Of a stretch of DNA of 64,000 bases, positions 10,682 to 23,147 are shown piece after piece. Every line of letters begins with the position of its first letter. Positions within the stretch are counted from its first letter, which is position 1. Origin of the DNA: Cenococcum geophilum (lineage: Eukaryota); NCBI GenBank assembly GCA_050273025.1, contig CP158635.1, positions 14,446,001 to 14,510,000 on the forward strand. Direction: 5' to 3'. The notes beneath the pieces were generated by a model. The model worked only from the letters and a program-made list of their open reading frames with translations, was not told where the DNA came from and made no database searches. The position numbers and the translations under genes are program-made.

Positions 10682-13600
10682 TTATAGTTTCCTTATCGAC
10701 TGCAACTCGCTTCTAGATAAAGGCCTCCCACATTAAATAATACACCCCCAATTGCCCCACTAAATATAGCTTTATATTTTATAAATAGAGGCCTATTTTA
10801 TAGCTCTATTCCAGGGCTATAAAATAAGCCCTTATTTATATAAATTGGACGAATATTAGTGGAATTATATGGGGTGCTTTATAACTTGAATTGAGGCTCT
10901 ACACTGACTAATCCGACCCCTTTACCCCCAAAATAAGCACCCCTTATAACACTACCAAAATAGCCCTAAATTATATAAATAAGGGCTTATTTTGCAGCCC
11001 TGGAATAGAGCTATTAAATAGGCCTCTATTTATAAAATATAAAGCTATATCTAGTGGGGCTATTAGGGGTGTATTATTTGATGTGGGAGGCTCTTATCCG
11101 GAGGCGAGTTGCAGTCGATAAGAAAACTTGTCGATCGGTAGTCCGTGCACCGATGAGTAAGTAAAGAATGAGGACTCTGTCTATTCAAACTATGAAGAAA
11201 AGAAGCTATTTATACATGAGGTAGGTCCAGGTAACTGAGTCAAAATAGGTAATAGAAACGGGTGGTGAGACCTAGGGCACTAGGCATCAAAGACAGTAGT
11301 AAGACGGTAGTAAGACGGTAGTAAGACGGTGGTAAGAAAACCTGATCTGGATTGACACACCCCCCTAGCTTTGAGCCCCTACGGGTCAAAGCTATATCGC
11401 GGGTCTTGGTATAGTATTAAGTCGAATATACCCTATATCTTCCTCCTTGCTTACCTTTTTTAATTTAGATCCTTTCCTTAATATTAACTAAATTTAATTA
11501 ATAAATAAATGTCTCGTGCTTCTGCCTTAGCAGAGCTTTTATTAAGCCGTCTGCTACTATTACTATAGTAGGCGTCTAGTTGATCCTAATTCGATTGTTA
11601 TGTACTTCTTGACGTAACCAGTAGTGGTGTATATTAACATGTCGGAGCTTTATAGATAGCTCTGGTCCGTCTTTTATAAGTAGTCGAATTGTCTATAGAT
11701 TGTTACAGTTAATCGTCTGCCTGTTATCTAAGGTTAATCCAATTTCTTTAAAGAAGCGACCCTACTAGATTAATTCTGTTCCTGCATATAATAGAGCTAT
11801 AAACTCTGCCTTTATACTTGACTTTGTTACTAATATCTACTTAGTAAAGCGCTAGTTAATTAGTCCCCTGAATAGGGTAAACAAATATCCTTCTATACTA
11901 CGTCTACTTATTAAGTTGTCTCCAAACGCTACGTCACTTGCTCCTATGAAGACCTAACTCCCTATATTATATCCTAAGTATTTAATCGCGAGGGTCCTTT
12001 TCTAATATAGGTAGGCGATTGCTTGACGAGCTGCGGCGTTATATAGGGGTAAGGGGTTTCGTAGGAATTCCGATAACTTACTTGAAGCTCTCGCTGTATT
12101 AGATCTCGTAATGCAGGTCGCATAGAGGAGTGAGCCGATTATCCTCTAGTAGACGTAGATGTCTTATTTTAAAGCTTCCTCCAGATTTAGTAGGAGCTTA
12201 TTAGTGCTTATAGGTATACTAACTAAGCGTATATTAGTTAAATAAAAGTTATTAGCAATCTTCTTAATATAGGAGTCTTAACAGAGCTATAGCTTCCTCT
12301 AACTCCTATCTCTTAAGACTTAAATTCCTAGGAACTAGGATAGTTTACCTAAGTCCTTTATCTCGTATTTCTTTATAAGCGCAGTCTTAAAGCTTAAAAG
12401 CTCTAACTAGTTCCCCTTAGTGCTTACGGCATAGATATCGTCTATATAGAAGAATATAATTAGCCGATTGTTATAGTAGAGACACGGCTCTCCGCTAATA
12501 GGCTTTAACCCTAATTTAGTTAGTTCCTGACTTAAGTCGTTATACTAAAGACGTGGCGATTATTAAAGTCCGTAGAGAGCTTTACGTAGTAGTAGACATT
12601 TGCCCTTAATAGTAAATCCATCCGGACACTTAATATAGACTATTTTGTTAATCAAGCTGTTTGCGAACGCGTTAATAGCGTTGCCCTGCTAAACGTCTAA
12701 ATTAAATACTGCGATGACTGCTATAAGAGCTCTAAAGACTTTGGCTGCCAGAGTCGCCGTATAGGTGTCCTTATAAATCGACTCTTATAGATCGCCTCTT
12801 ACACAAAGTCGTGCTTTAAACTTCGTTAGATATCTATTAGTGTCCATTTTATAGGTAAATCTCCAGGTCATAGGCACCGTTTTAACTGATAGTAACTTAT
12901 TTATGACCTTAAACGTTCCACGACCTTCTAGGTTAGTATACTCTTTTATAACAGCAGCAAGGAAATCTTCCCTATACTAGTGTCTTATAAGCTCCTTCTA
13001 GTTCTTAGGCGGAGGTGGTAGCTTATCGCGATGGATTTTCCTGTAATATTTTAGGCCTACGTAGAAGGCTGCCTAAAGCGCTTTAAAGCTATCTACCTTC
13101 TTAAGGTAAGTTAAATGAGCTATATATCATTTAGGTAGCCTTTTTAATTATTTACCTTTTATAATATTGTCTTCCTTAATAGCTGCGCCGTCTTTATCCT
13201 TTAAGTCATCCTCTACAGGTACGTATTTATAATGTGGTTATTAACAGGTAAAGGGAGCTAAGGAGCTTAAGGATTCTTTAGTAGGAATTAACTAAGGTTC
13301 TAGCGTCTCGTCTAGGGTAGGAAGGGCAGGTAGGAAATTGTCCTTTAAGGTTTATAAGCTTGCTACGTTATTATCTTAATTGGTTGCTTGGTCTTAATTT
13401 CCACTAAAATCTGCCTATTAATTTCTACTATTTTCTACTTAAATCTTATCTAAAGTCTTATTGTCCTTATCTGACGTTTTGTTAAGCTCTTCCTAAAGCG
13501 TCCTATTAATGTGCGACACATTAATTACCTCCAAAATTTAATTAGCGCGTTTTTGGAGCAGATTCGCGAGATTTAGCTAATTATTATTATAAAGCAATTG

Positions 13601-16407
13601 CTCATTAAATATAACGTCTCTTATTTAAATTACCTTTTTTTCGCTAAGTATATAGATCCTAAAGATATTTATTAACTGGTACCTAACTAGGTATCTAATA
13701 TAAGCTCTTAGCTTAAGCTTTTAAGTGCGTAGGAGGTTATATTTAAGTGGGTAGGCTCTACAGCCGTATATACGTAAATAGGCTATATTTAGCTTTAATG
13801 GCGAGAGCCCTAGTGCTAACTAAAGCTTCTTAAAAGGTGTTATCTAGCTAAGCTGGGCGTTTGGTGTCCGATTAATTAAATACGCTATAGCTCTAATAAT
13901 CTCTGGCCAGAGCTCTTCTAGTAATTAAGCTTCAATTCGCATACAGCGAGACTTAATAATAATTACCCCCCTAGAACATTTAGCAGAACCGTTCTAAGAC
14001 TTTATATATAGGGCCGATTACTCCACTATAATTCCTTTTTAGTTCGTCTAACTATAGAAGTCGCCACTAAGGGAGGTCTCGCTATTGACTTGGATAACCG
14101 CAATCTTCTGATTATATTAACGCTTCACCCTGTTTGAATATCGTATAATTGCTTGCGTTAACGATAACTTTCAGGCAAAGGTCTCTACCTCGTTTATTCG
14201 CAGAAATTCGTCATAGAAATGTATCGTCTATTTATGACCGTTATACGCCACAATCTCTTAAAATAGGTCGATATATATATAGTAGAAGGGCCTCGTTGCC
14301 TTGTTGGTAGGTGCTCTTCTTAATACAATTTCGCGAGCCTTGCTGACAGCATAGGATTCACAGTTAATTGTCGCTGGTCCTTAAAGCTTCGCACCTTCTA
14401 CCTCCTAAGGTAGATGCTTAATTGCCTTCGGTCTTATATGGCCTAGTCTCTTATACTAGAGCCTTCCTACTACTTCTTAATTAGGAAGGGGGTCTTGTAA
14501 TTAGATTATAAATAAGGCTTTTGGCTTATTATATTCAAACGTGTTTTAGTTATAATGTTACCCGCAATAGGTAAATATTTTATAATTGTCTTTGTAATAT
14601 AGTAGGTTCTTTTTATTATCCTACTATATGTTTTTATTGTTAAACCTATCTAGATAGGCCAAATTTGTATGGAACGCTAGTATATATGCTGCATTAGCTA
14701 GTAGGATCCTCTTGGGGCCTGCTGGCGTCTAGATTATAACTACTACTATCCCTATGCCCTTAACTAGATCTAGGCCCGTTCCGGCGTATATAAAGTTATT
14801 ACTTAGTTAGAGCTTGTCAACGAATCTTAATCAATCGTTAATAATATATATTGTGGTTCCGTTATTAAAAATCACGCTATTATATAGCTTATAGTCAGAA
14901 CCTACATTATAGGCGCCTACTTGGTGTACGGCGAAGATACTATAGTTGTTTTCCTTTTGACTTCCGTCTGGGTTCCGTACGGCTTCCTTTTGTGGAGCTT
15001 CCTTGCTTAAAGCCTCCTTCCTTATCTTCTTAATCTTTGACTTGGTCTAATCTAATACGCTTATAATTCTTTCCTTAACTTTTGTAGCTGTGGCTTTGTT
15101 AGATTTCTAATCCTTTAATTAAACCGATTTGTTAATATAAGGACACTCTAGAAACCAGTGAATATCTCCGCAGTAGCATAGTGGGGCGTCTTTCTTCTGT
15201 GACGTCTTAGACGATGTAGTAGTAGAGGTTTTGTCCTTAGAAGCCTTATCCTTAGAAGCTTTATCCTTAGGAGCTCCGTTAATTAACTCGCCCTAGAAGC
15301 CTACTACATTAGCGCTAAGCTAATCCCTTCTCTTTTAGGTAGTCTCTATTCGTTAATAGTTCCAATATATTTCAACTAGTCAATCTATAGATATTATCTA
15401 GTTACTAGCCCAGTTGTATTTGTTAAATTCGACCCTCTACATTAAAGCCCAGTTTGGTAATGCTGGCTCTACCGCCATTAAAAAGTCTCTAATTATACGG
15501 TCGCCGTGTACGTCTAGCAATTTGATCTTTTTGCAGTCGTTATATGTCTTCTCCTACTACTATAATTAGGCCTCAAAGTTCTGGTTCTTTAGACCCTTTT
15601 TAACCTTAGTATATTAAGTGGATAGGTATAGCTTATATGCTATATTAGTAGGGGCAACCCTCTCCTTAAGAGCCACCAGGGTATTATATACCGAGTTAAT
15701 ACCCAGTATATAGGTGTTAAGGTTCCTAGCTACTATACTAATAATATAGCTTCGTAGGGAGGTTAAAGCTACCTTCTACTTCTTATATTCCTTCTTTACT
15801 ATTTTATACCTCTTACGGAGAATTTAAAGCTCATCCTTCTTGTCCTTAGAGAGAGCTATATATAAGGTCGTTCCTGTCTTTACATCTTAAGGCCTAGGAA
15901 AGACTAGTTTAAGCAAACAGGGCAACTAATTCTGTTTGGTTAAGGGGTTAACATATTCCCATATATTTCCTATTTAAGCTTAAAGCCTAATAAGGTTAAT
16001 CTATTCGTCCTAATCAGCTTAGTTTAATAATATTACCGTTATAGTAACAGCTTAAGTAGTTTAAGAGGTTATATTAAGAGGTGCTTGCAAAGACGAATAA
16101 AGTATTTAATAAGGGATAGGATTAATTAAATTAATAGGTGTAATACGGCAAGTCACCCGGGCTTATAACTGTCAATTAGTAGTCCGTACACTAATAAGTA
16201 AGTAAAGAATAAGGACTCTATCTATTTAAACTATAAAGAAAAGAAGCTATTTATACATAAGGTAGGTCTAGGTAACTAAGTTAAAATAGGTAATAGAAAC
16301 GGGTGGTGAGACCTAGGGCACTAGGCATTAAAGACAGTAGTAAGACGGTAGTAAGACGGTAGTAAGACGGTGGTAAGAAAACCCAATCTGGATCGACAAA
16401 ACTATAA
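10682..16407. mobile_element. ~450-bp foldback MITE (10682-11128 plus 16404-16407), interrupted by a Copia near its right terminus
   Basis: Almost entirely self-complementary (TTATAGTTTCCTTATCGACTGCAACTCGC.../...GCGAGTTGCAGTCGATAAGAAAACTATAA). TA at 10680-10681 and 16408-16409. Confidence 0.88.
11129..16398 (-). mobile_element. Copia LTR retrotransposon, full length, RIPed
   Basis: 229-bp LTRs at 11129-11357 and 16170-16398; TSD AAACT. PBS-like GTTATAAGCCC next to 16169; PPT next to 11358. Order is zinc knuckle (~15160), protease DNGTT (~14860), integrase (~13985), RT FYVDDI (~12445), RNase H. Confidence 0.95.
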
Positions 16408-16564
16408 TAAAGCCGGTCATCGCGCACCACCCAATTTCACATAGAAATCGATGCCATTGATTATTTTTGCTTGCCCACGCCTTCCACCCCCAACAATTAC
16501 GGCGTAAAATCATACTTTGGTCTAGCTGCATTAAGCCAATTATATAGAATTGCTGGTGTTAACC

Positions 16565-18148
16565 ATGGAGCCGCCTATACGTGTATTTAGTCGCGCTAAT
16601 AAGGGCCAAAATTGCAAGCGTGCATTGTCTACTACCTCACCAACGTAGGCTTCTAAAAGGACTCTAAAGCGTCGTTTAAAGCTTATTTTAAAGAAGGCTT
16701 TAAATTATTAAGCAAGGCGTCGTACGGAACCACCGCAGCAACTACCGTTACCAATATTTGTAGAGTCTTCGCCACCACGGCCAGAGCAGCTAGATAAGGA
16801 GGAGGAGGAGGAGGAGGAGGAGGAGCCAAAGGAGGAGCTAGATAAGGAGGAGGAGGAAGAGAAGGAGGAAGAGAAGGAGGAAGAGAAGGAGGAAGAGAAG
16901 CTAGAGGAGCAGCTAGAGGAGCCAGAGGAGTAGCTAGAGGAGGAGCTAGAGGAGGAGCCGGAGGAGCTTCCTATTAGCTTTATAAGTCGGTAGAAGGTAG
17001 TATATAGGAGAAAGGCCTTACCTGGTGCGGTATCTTTAAAATATAATACTACTAACCTCTTCTACTACCTAATTGAGCGCTGGTAAGATAGTATTATTGC
17101 TAAGTGCCTACCGCGGATCTTTACCGTTAATCGCCTTAAAGCCACTGCCTCCTATAAGAAGTAATTAAAGACTAATCACTTCCGCTATAAGATTGGTGAT
17201 TATTGTAATCTATGTAAGGTAACTAAGCTGCTTAAGGATCTTTATAAGCAGAATCCTACTAAGTTATTATACTTAGATCTTACCTTGTATATAATTAAGG
17301 AGAAGCCCCAAGAGATACTAGTACTATTATTAACACCTTTCTTTAGCTAAGCAGTAAGATCTAGTAAAAGAACTACTACCTAAATCTAAAAAGCCAATCT
17401 CCCTAATATTATTGCCGTAAAGGAAGCTGCTAATAATAGGATTCCGGCTCTAGTAAGTAGATAGCCTTATATTAATAGCTACTATTCTAATAAAGGAGCT
17501 ACCTGCTAACAAAATAGACGTGGAAATAAAGCTAATTAAGTTAAGCACTACTATCCTATTAATACTTATATCCTTTAGAGGTGGAGTAGAGAGATCTAAT
17601 TAGATATATTAACGGTTAAGGAGCCATTACAAAATATAGTCTATTAGCTGTTAGCTTAAAAGATAAAATAGCAGCTACTAAAGAGTTAAAAGCTAACGGC
17701 AGTAGGAGGCTTACTATCTAAGTAAGTTAAGGACCTTATTTAGCTAATTACTGTTTAGGAGTTAAACTTAATAAGGTATCTAGATTAGCAACAGCATACT
17801 TAACCCCTGCCTTCCTCTGGTATTAAGCCGCCTACTTAGTTAAGCCTAGTATAGTTAGAAACGGATTATTATAAGATCCTCTTATAGTTCTTTAACTGGC
17901 TAAGAGCTTAGCTAAGCCATTCTAATAAGCGTTAAAGGCAGATTCTGGAGTTAATTAGGTATACGTTAGTAGAGGACAATTAGGATATTAATAGAATAAG
18001 ATCTTTAAAAGATATAACGATTAAGATCTGGAAGGATTATGGCTTTCTAATTAGCACGCTATCGCGAATAAGAGAGAAAATAGGAGAGTTTAAACGGTAG
18101 AGAGTAGTATACTATAAGTAGAGAGTAGATTATAGAGAGTCTCTATAA
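16565..18148 (+). pseudogene. Accessory Cys/Trp-motif protein, copy 2, with a poly-Glu tract
   Basis: ATG at 16565; GAG-rich tract ~16795-16965. De-RIPed WPC...CSNKGATCW...HYP...RWSREI...TVEEP at ~17462-17630. C-terminal YGFPIGTLSRIREKIGEFKR. Stop position uncertain. Confidence 0.75.
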
Positions 18149-18154
18149 AGAGCC

Positions 18155-19173
18155 TTATTCTACTATATAGCCAGCCCTTTTAAAATAGCCTTCCGCATAA
18201 ACTCTATAAGCTTAACTAATTACAAACTCTAGAAATCTATTAAAGCTCTTAAAGTTAACCGCTAGTATATAGTTTTTTTTTATCTAAGCCTTTAGATCTT
18301 TAAAAGTTGCCTTAATTAAATTAAAATCTGGTAAATATAGTGGTAGGAATTTAAGAATAACACCTACCTAGTTATAAAGCTCTTAAAGCCGCTTTAACTT
18401 ATAGATAGATGCGTTATCTAGTATAATAATTAATTACGGCCCTGGGTACGGTATACAATTAGGTAAAACTTTATACTCTATAAAAGCCTTAAAAAGCTTA
18501 TTTATAAAAGCTCCTTAAAAGATAATATAGTCTATATAGCCTTTAAGCGTTAACGCCGGTAAGATGCTCCACCGTTTAGATCTTTTATATAGCGTTAACA
18601 CCTTACAGTCTGCACTAACTGGCGCCTAGCCTTATTTTCTATCACTAGTCCTCTTATTTAAAGCCGACTTATTAAGAAAGATAAGCTAGTTAGCAAGCCA
18701 TTCTTTCTGCCTACTTTGCCACGTATAATGGAGCAATAAGCTTTACTAAGCGGCACGATTAGAGACTACCTTTTAAGAGTACTAAGCTGCCTTAAGAATA
18801 CGGCGAATAGTGGTAATAGAGGCTTAGATGTCGAATTCGTTAAAGAGGAAGTCTTACATCTCGTTAAGATACGCAGTAGGCCTGTCTTTAAGATACTTAA
18901 GCAGTTACTATAAGTGGGCAGGAACGTTAATAAAAAACTTAACATTATGCCAAGAATACTGACCTGCTTTTGATACTCCAAAAGAAGGCCCGGTCTACCT
19001 AGTTTTACAGTAGATGGCGCGTATGGTTGGCCCCAAAGGTCCTAGTTTAATTGAAGCTTATAAACAGTTGTTTTTAACAGCCCTAAAGCGACTGCTATAT
19101 TAGGGATGTACTCATTAAGATCTAAACGAAGCTTGATTTGGTTTATAACCTTAATTAGAAGACAACGGCCTAT
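18155..19173 (-). pseudogene. IS630/Tc1 DDE transposase (RIPed)
   Basis: N-terminal HTH (IAVALGLSKTTVYK...GRP), FLDESA ~18675, LDNASIH ~18415, FLPPYSPDFNPIE ~18350-18312. Confidence 0.9.
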
Positions 19174-19547
19174 TATAACGACGTGTGCAAGCAAAAATAA
19201 TCAATTGCATCGATTTCTATGTGAAATTGGGTGGTGCGCGATAACCGGCTTTACTCCGGCGCGAGTTTACGATATTTCGGCAAGAACAATAGCCTATCCG
19301 CCTCAGAGTCCTACAGGGTCCGCAAGGTTCGGTGTCGCCCCCCCCGTGCGCGCAGCAGCGGTGGCATCTAATTTCGCTTAAGCTTCGCCTAAGTTAGTAT
19401 GTAGAGCTAGCAGAATTAGATGTAGTGGCCGCTAGGGGGGGGAGACGTCGCCTTACATTTGAAGCTATTTATAATATCTCTTCCTTACCAATATCGTGAT
19501 CTTTATTCTAGATCATAGTGTAACTCTTATTGTCGCCTCTATTAAAT

Positions 19548-20577
19548 ATGGCACCCAATATACATAAATGGCAATACGTCTTCCTTAAAATCCTTATTAA
19601 CGCGGGCGCCACTAATTAATAGTATCGTGTTTAAGCCAAGTGCTCTTATAGAGCTGTTTAACGAATTTAACGGAAACTAGAGAGGTACGGAAGGACGAGA
19701 CTTAGTTGTGTATACTTTGGCCTAAAGAGTGCACTAAGCTCTTAGATAATTATTGTATTGCTTTACCGACTTAATAAGGCACCAAATCTATATCTAAATA
19801 AGATGGCTTGGTATATATACAACAGTTTTAGAGTTATAGTAGGCCCGTGAATAATTGCTGCAGAGTTAAAAGTCGCTGGCTGGAGTAGGAAGCTGGTAAG
19901 CTACATTCTAAATATATGGATGAGGAAATAACTTACTTATATATAAGGCTTGTTGCGTTACTTTAGAGTGGAGTTAGGAAAACCGCAATTAATACTAGGC
20001 CAATATCTTATAGTTTACTATTAAGTAACTTGTCTTTATAGACGAATCTAGCGCTAATTTAAAGACGGGTATACGAAAGTTGGCTTGGGCGCCGGTAGGC
20101 ATAACGCTAATCCTATATACTCTATATAATCGCGACAAGCAGCGGCTTAATATTCTACCTATGTATACTATTAACGGTATACTAGTATTATTAGTATATA
20201 GCGGCTTAACGAACGCGGAAGGATATAATTACTAGATTAAATACTACCTCCTGCCTTACTATAATCCTTATTTAGCTCTGAGGTTAGTAGTTATTATAGA
20301 TAATATAAGCTTCCACCATTTAGAACGGATTAAGTCTCTTTTTGCTGAGCGTGGTATAGTGCTTATCTATTTACCTGCATATTCGCCTGATTTAAATCCG
20401 ATTAAGGAGTTCTTTAGTAAGCTAAAGGAGTATATTTAACGACATTTTAGATTATGGAGGAGTAAGCCAGAGCTTTGGGGTAATGAGTTTAAAAACTTCC
20501 TATAGTGGTGTGTAGATACTATAGGTAGAAGGAGTAATAACGCTAGAGCCTATTTTGGCTATAGTGGGTATATATAA
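19548..20577 (+). pseudogene. DD34E transposase (RIPed)
   Basis: ATG at 19548, FIDES ~20035, DNxSFH ~20299, LPAYSPDLNPIEEF ~20371-20412. I counted 34 residues between the second D and the de-RIPed E. Confidence 0.92.
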
Positions 20578-20599
20578 GGAAGGATTGATAGAAGAGTTA

Positions 20600-22670
20600 G
20601 TAAGTTATTAGATTTGGGTTAAACCTTATAATCTTTAGCGTGGTGTTTTTTAGTAGGAGTTAGACGTTGCCTTAGTCGGCTTACTATATTACAGAACTCT
20701 TATATAAATTACTAGTAAAATCTATATTCTACCCTAAACTTTTAGGCAAAGCTATACTAGTATAAAAAATCTACTGCTTATCTTCCTCTAAATCCTTAAT
20801 ACTACTAAAAAGCTAAGCAACTTATAAAGTCCTCTAGTTCTTAATATCCTAATATACCTATTCAGCAATTGCCTCTAGTACTCCCTTATTAATTATTATA
20901 TCAACTAGTATTTTACCCTCTTTATTTAGCTTTTACTCCCTAATAATCCTTAAGTCCCACCGCTTCTTATAAGTAACTTAATAGGCGGCTTTAAAATTAC
21001 TTTCCTACTCTAGGTCTTCTTGTACTAAGAGCTTCTGCTAGTTAAAATACTCCCGTAAATTAGCTATGTGATTTAGGCCTTACAAACAAGGCAGAGGAAC
21101 TATAGGTAATGATTTTATAGTTAGGTCTTGCCCTAATAGTAGTATAGCTGGACGCCTATACTGCCTACTAGTTAGATTAATATAAAATTAATTGATAATG
21201 CTAGGAGTATTAGGTGTAGGTAACTTAGTAAAGGTAAATTAAGACTTCTTACTACCTCCCTTTTTCTAATCTTGAAGCTTTTTAAATAGCTTACTATGAG
21301 GTGTGCGAATAGTAGCTAAACTATCCTTAATAGCCCGCGCCCACTCCTTAAGGTCCTTCTACGTTAGCTTATAGTTAACTTGGCAATAGATCTAGCACTA
21401 AAAAGAGCCTAGGTACCTCTTCTTATATTTCCACTCCCTATATAGCTCTAGCCGAAGCTTAGTAGTCTTTAGGTAGGGGGCTAGAGAACGAGCAATATCA
21501 CTAGCCTTATACTATTTAGATTGCGGTATATTTAAAGGCATATCCTATAAGGAGATAGTGGCAGCTAGCTATGTTAATAATGGCTATGTTAATAACTGTG
21601 CGGCTATTATAGAATAATTAGTAGAGCGAGCGGTAGATCTAGCTTAATTGTTTACCTTAATATATATAAAGCTAACTTTAACTAAGAGCTACTTAGTAGA
21701 GCCGTCTATATTCCAGTACTTCTTTACTAAGCTTATAAGTTTACTGTTAATTAAGCTCTAGCTAGCTTCCTGACTAGGATTAATCTTAAATATCACTTAA
21801 GTCTTATTCTTCTTAGTATATAAAACCGACGCATTACATAACTCTCGTATAACGCGATAGCTAGGAAGCTGCTGCTTAATAGCCTCATTAATTATAGGCA
21901 GCATATTATAACTATATGCGAGTGAGAGGCTTAGGTGAGAGTCAGTAAAAGTATATATAACTATATTCTGAGTCCGTACACCCTTCTTAAGCTTCGCTAA
22001 TAATAAGAGACGATAGTTAAAAAAAGATACCTCTACTGCTTAGCTTTGCCTGCTCCAATTCATGCTTAAATTAAAGCCTTAGTAGTGGCTCCTCCTCCTT
22101 ACTTTCCGTCATTAAATCCTTAGGTGTTGGCTTAAATACTTGCGAAGGAAGTATAGGGGGTCTCCGCAATTGACGCGGGGTTTGTATATAGTGGCTAATA
22201 TTATCTAGATTAAGCTCTGGGTAGAGGTATAGTAATTAATAATATTGTTACTGACTTAAAGGACGATAGGAACCTATATTTAAAAGCTACGTAAGACGCG
22301 GCAGCTGCGGAGGAGCCCTCATTGTATTATAATCCTGCGATTAATAGAAGCGTTAAACCTCCTCACGATCTACCTCCTCTGCTGCCTTAGGATGATTCAA
22401 TATTTCCTTAAGCTCGCCGTTAGTAAAAGCAGCTGCCTGCCGTAATGGAGGCAACCCATTAAACGCTATTGGTAGAGAGAAGTTAAGCTGCGTGCTAATC
22501 TGGCTACTAAATACGGGCGGCAGAGTCACGACCGTACTTATACTTAAGCTCTGCGTTAAGATAGGTGGTTAAGGAATAGATAAGGATAGTATTGGCGACA
22601 GTCGAGGCCTTTAATGGGGTGGACGAGAAGGACTTCCAACGGCGGCAGCGGCAGTACGTTTAGAGCTCAT
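20600..22670 (-). pseudogene. Accessory Cys/Trp-motif protein, copy 3
   Basis: ATG at 22670 (MSSKRTAAAAVGSP). De-RIPed EWKCEKRxPGSFWCWIHCQV...DLKEWARAIKDGLATIRTP at ~21436-21300. C-terminal KGVPEAIAEQVHQDIKNW. Confidence 0.75.
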
Positions 22671-23147
22671 ATTGACGAGAGGAAGGCTCTATTACACTAA
22701 GATCTAGAGCAGATATCACAATATTGGTAAGGAAGAGAAGTTGCGAATAGCTTCAAATGCAAGGAGGCGACGTCTCCCCCCCCCTAGCGGCCACTACATC
22801 TAATTCTGCTAGCTCTACATACTAACTTAGGCGAAGCTTAAGCGAAATTAGATGCCACCGCTGCTGCGCGCACGGGGGGGGCGACACCGAACCTTGCGGA
22901 CCCTGTACAGCCTGTTGCACGACCAGCTTCCCCCCCCCTCAAAAAAAAAGTTAATTTCGCTTCGGTACGCGGGCTCACTAAATCGCCACCAACTGTATAT
23001 AGTAATCGAAGCGAAGCCAAGTACCTATACGCAAGTGCTGGTTGCTAGGGGCAATTAAATTAAAGCTATATATTTAGAACTTGCCTAGCTTACCAAAGTC
23101 TCAATTAATTCAAAATCGTGTCCTAAAATCGTCAATTTGCCTTCAAT

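Larger units (their letters stand above)
16410..19251. mobile_element. IS630/Tc1-like DNA transposon 1 (two convergent ORFs)
   Basis: ~70-bp TIRs starting AAGCCGG; TA at 16408-16409 and 19252-19253. Confidence 0.93.
19314..22905. mobile_element. IS630/Tc1-like DNA transposon 2 (two convergent ORFs, ~200-bp TIRs)
   Basis: TIRs CAGGGTCCGCAAGG.../...CCTTGCGGACCCTG; TA at 19312-19313 and 22906-22907. Confidence 0.93.
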
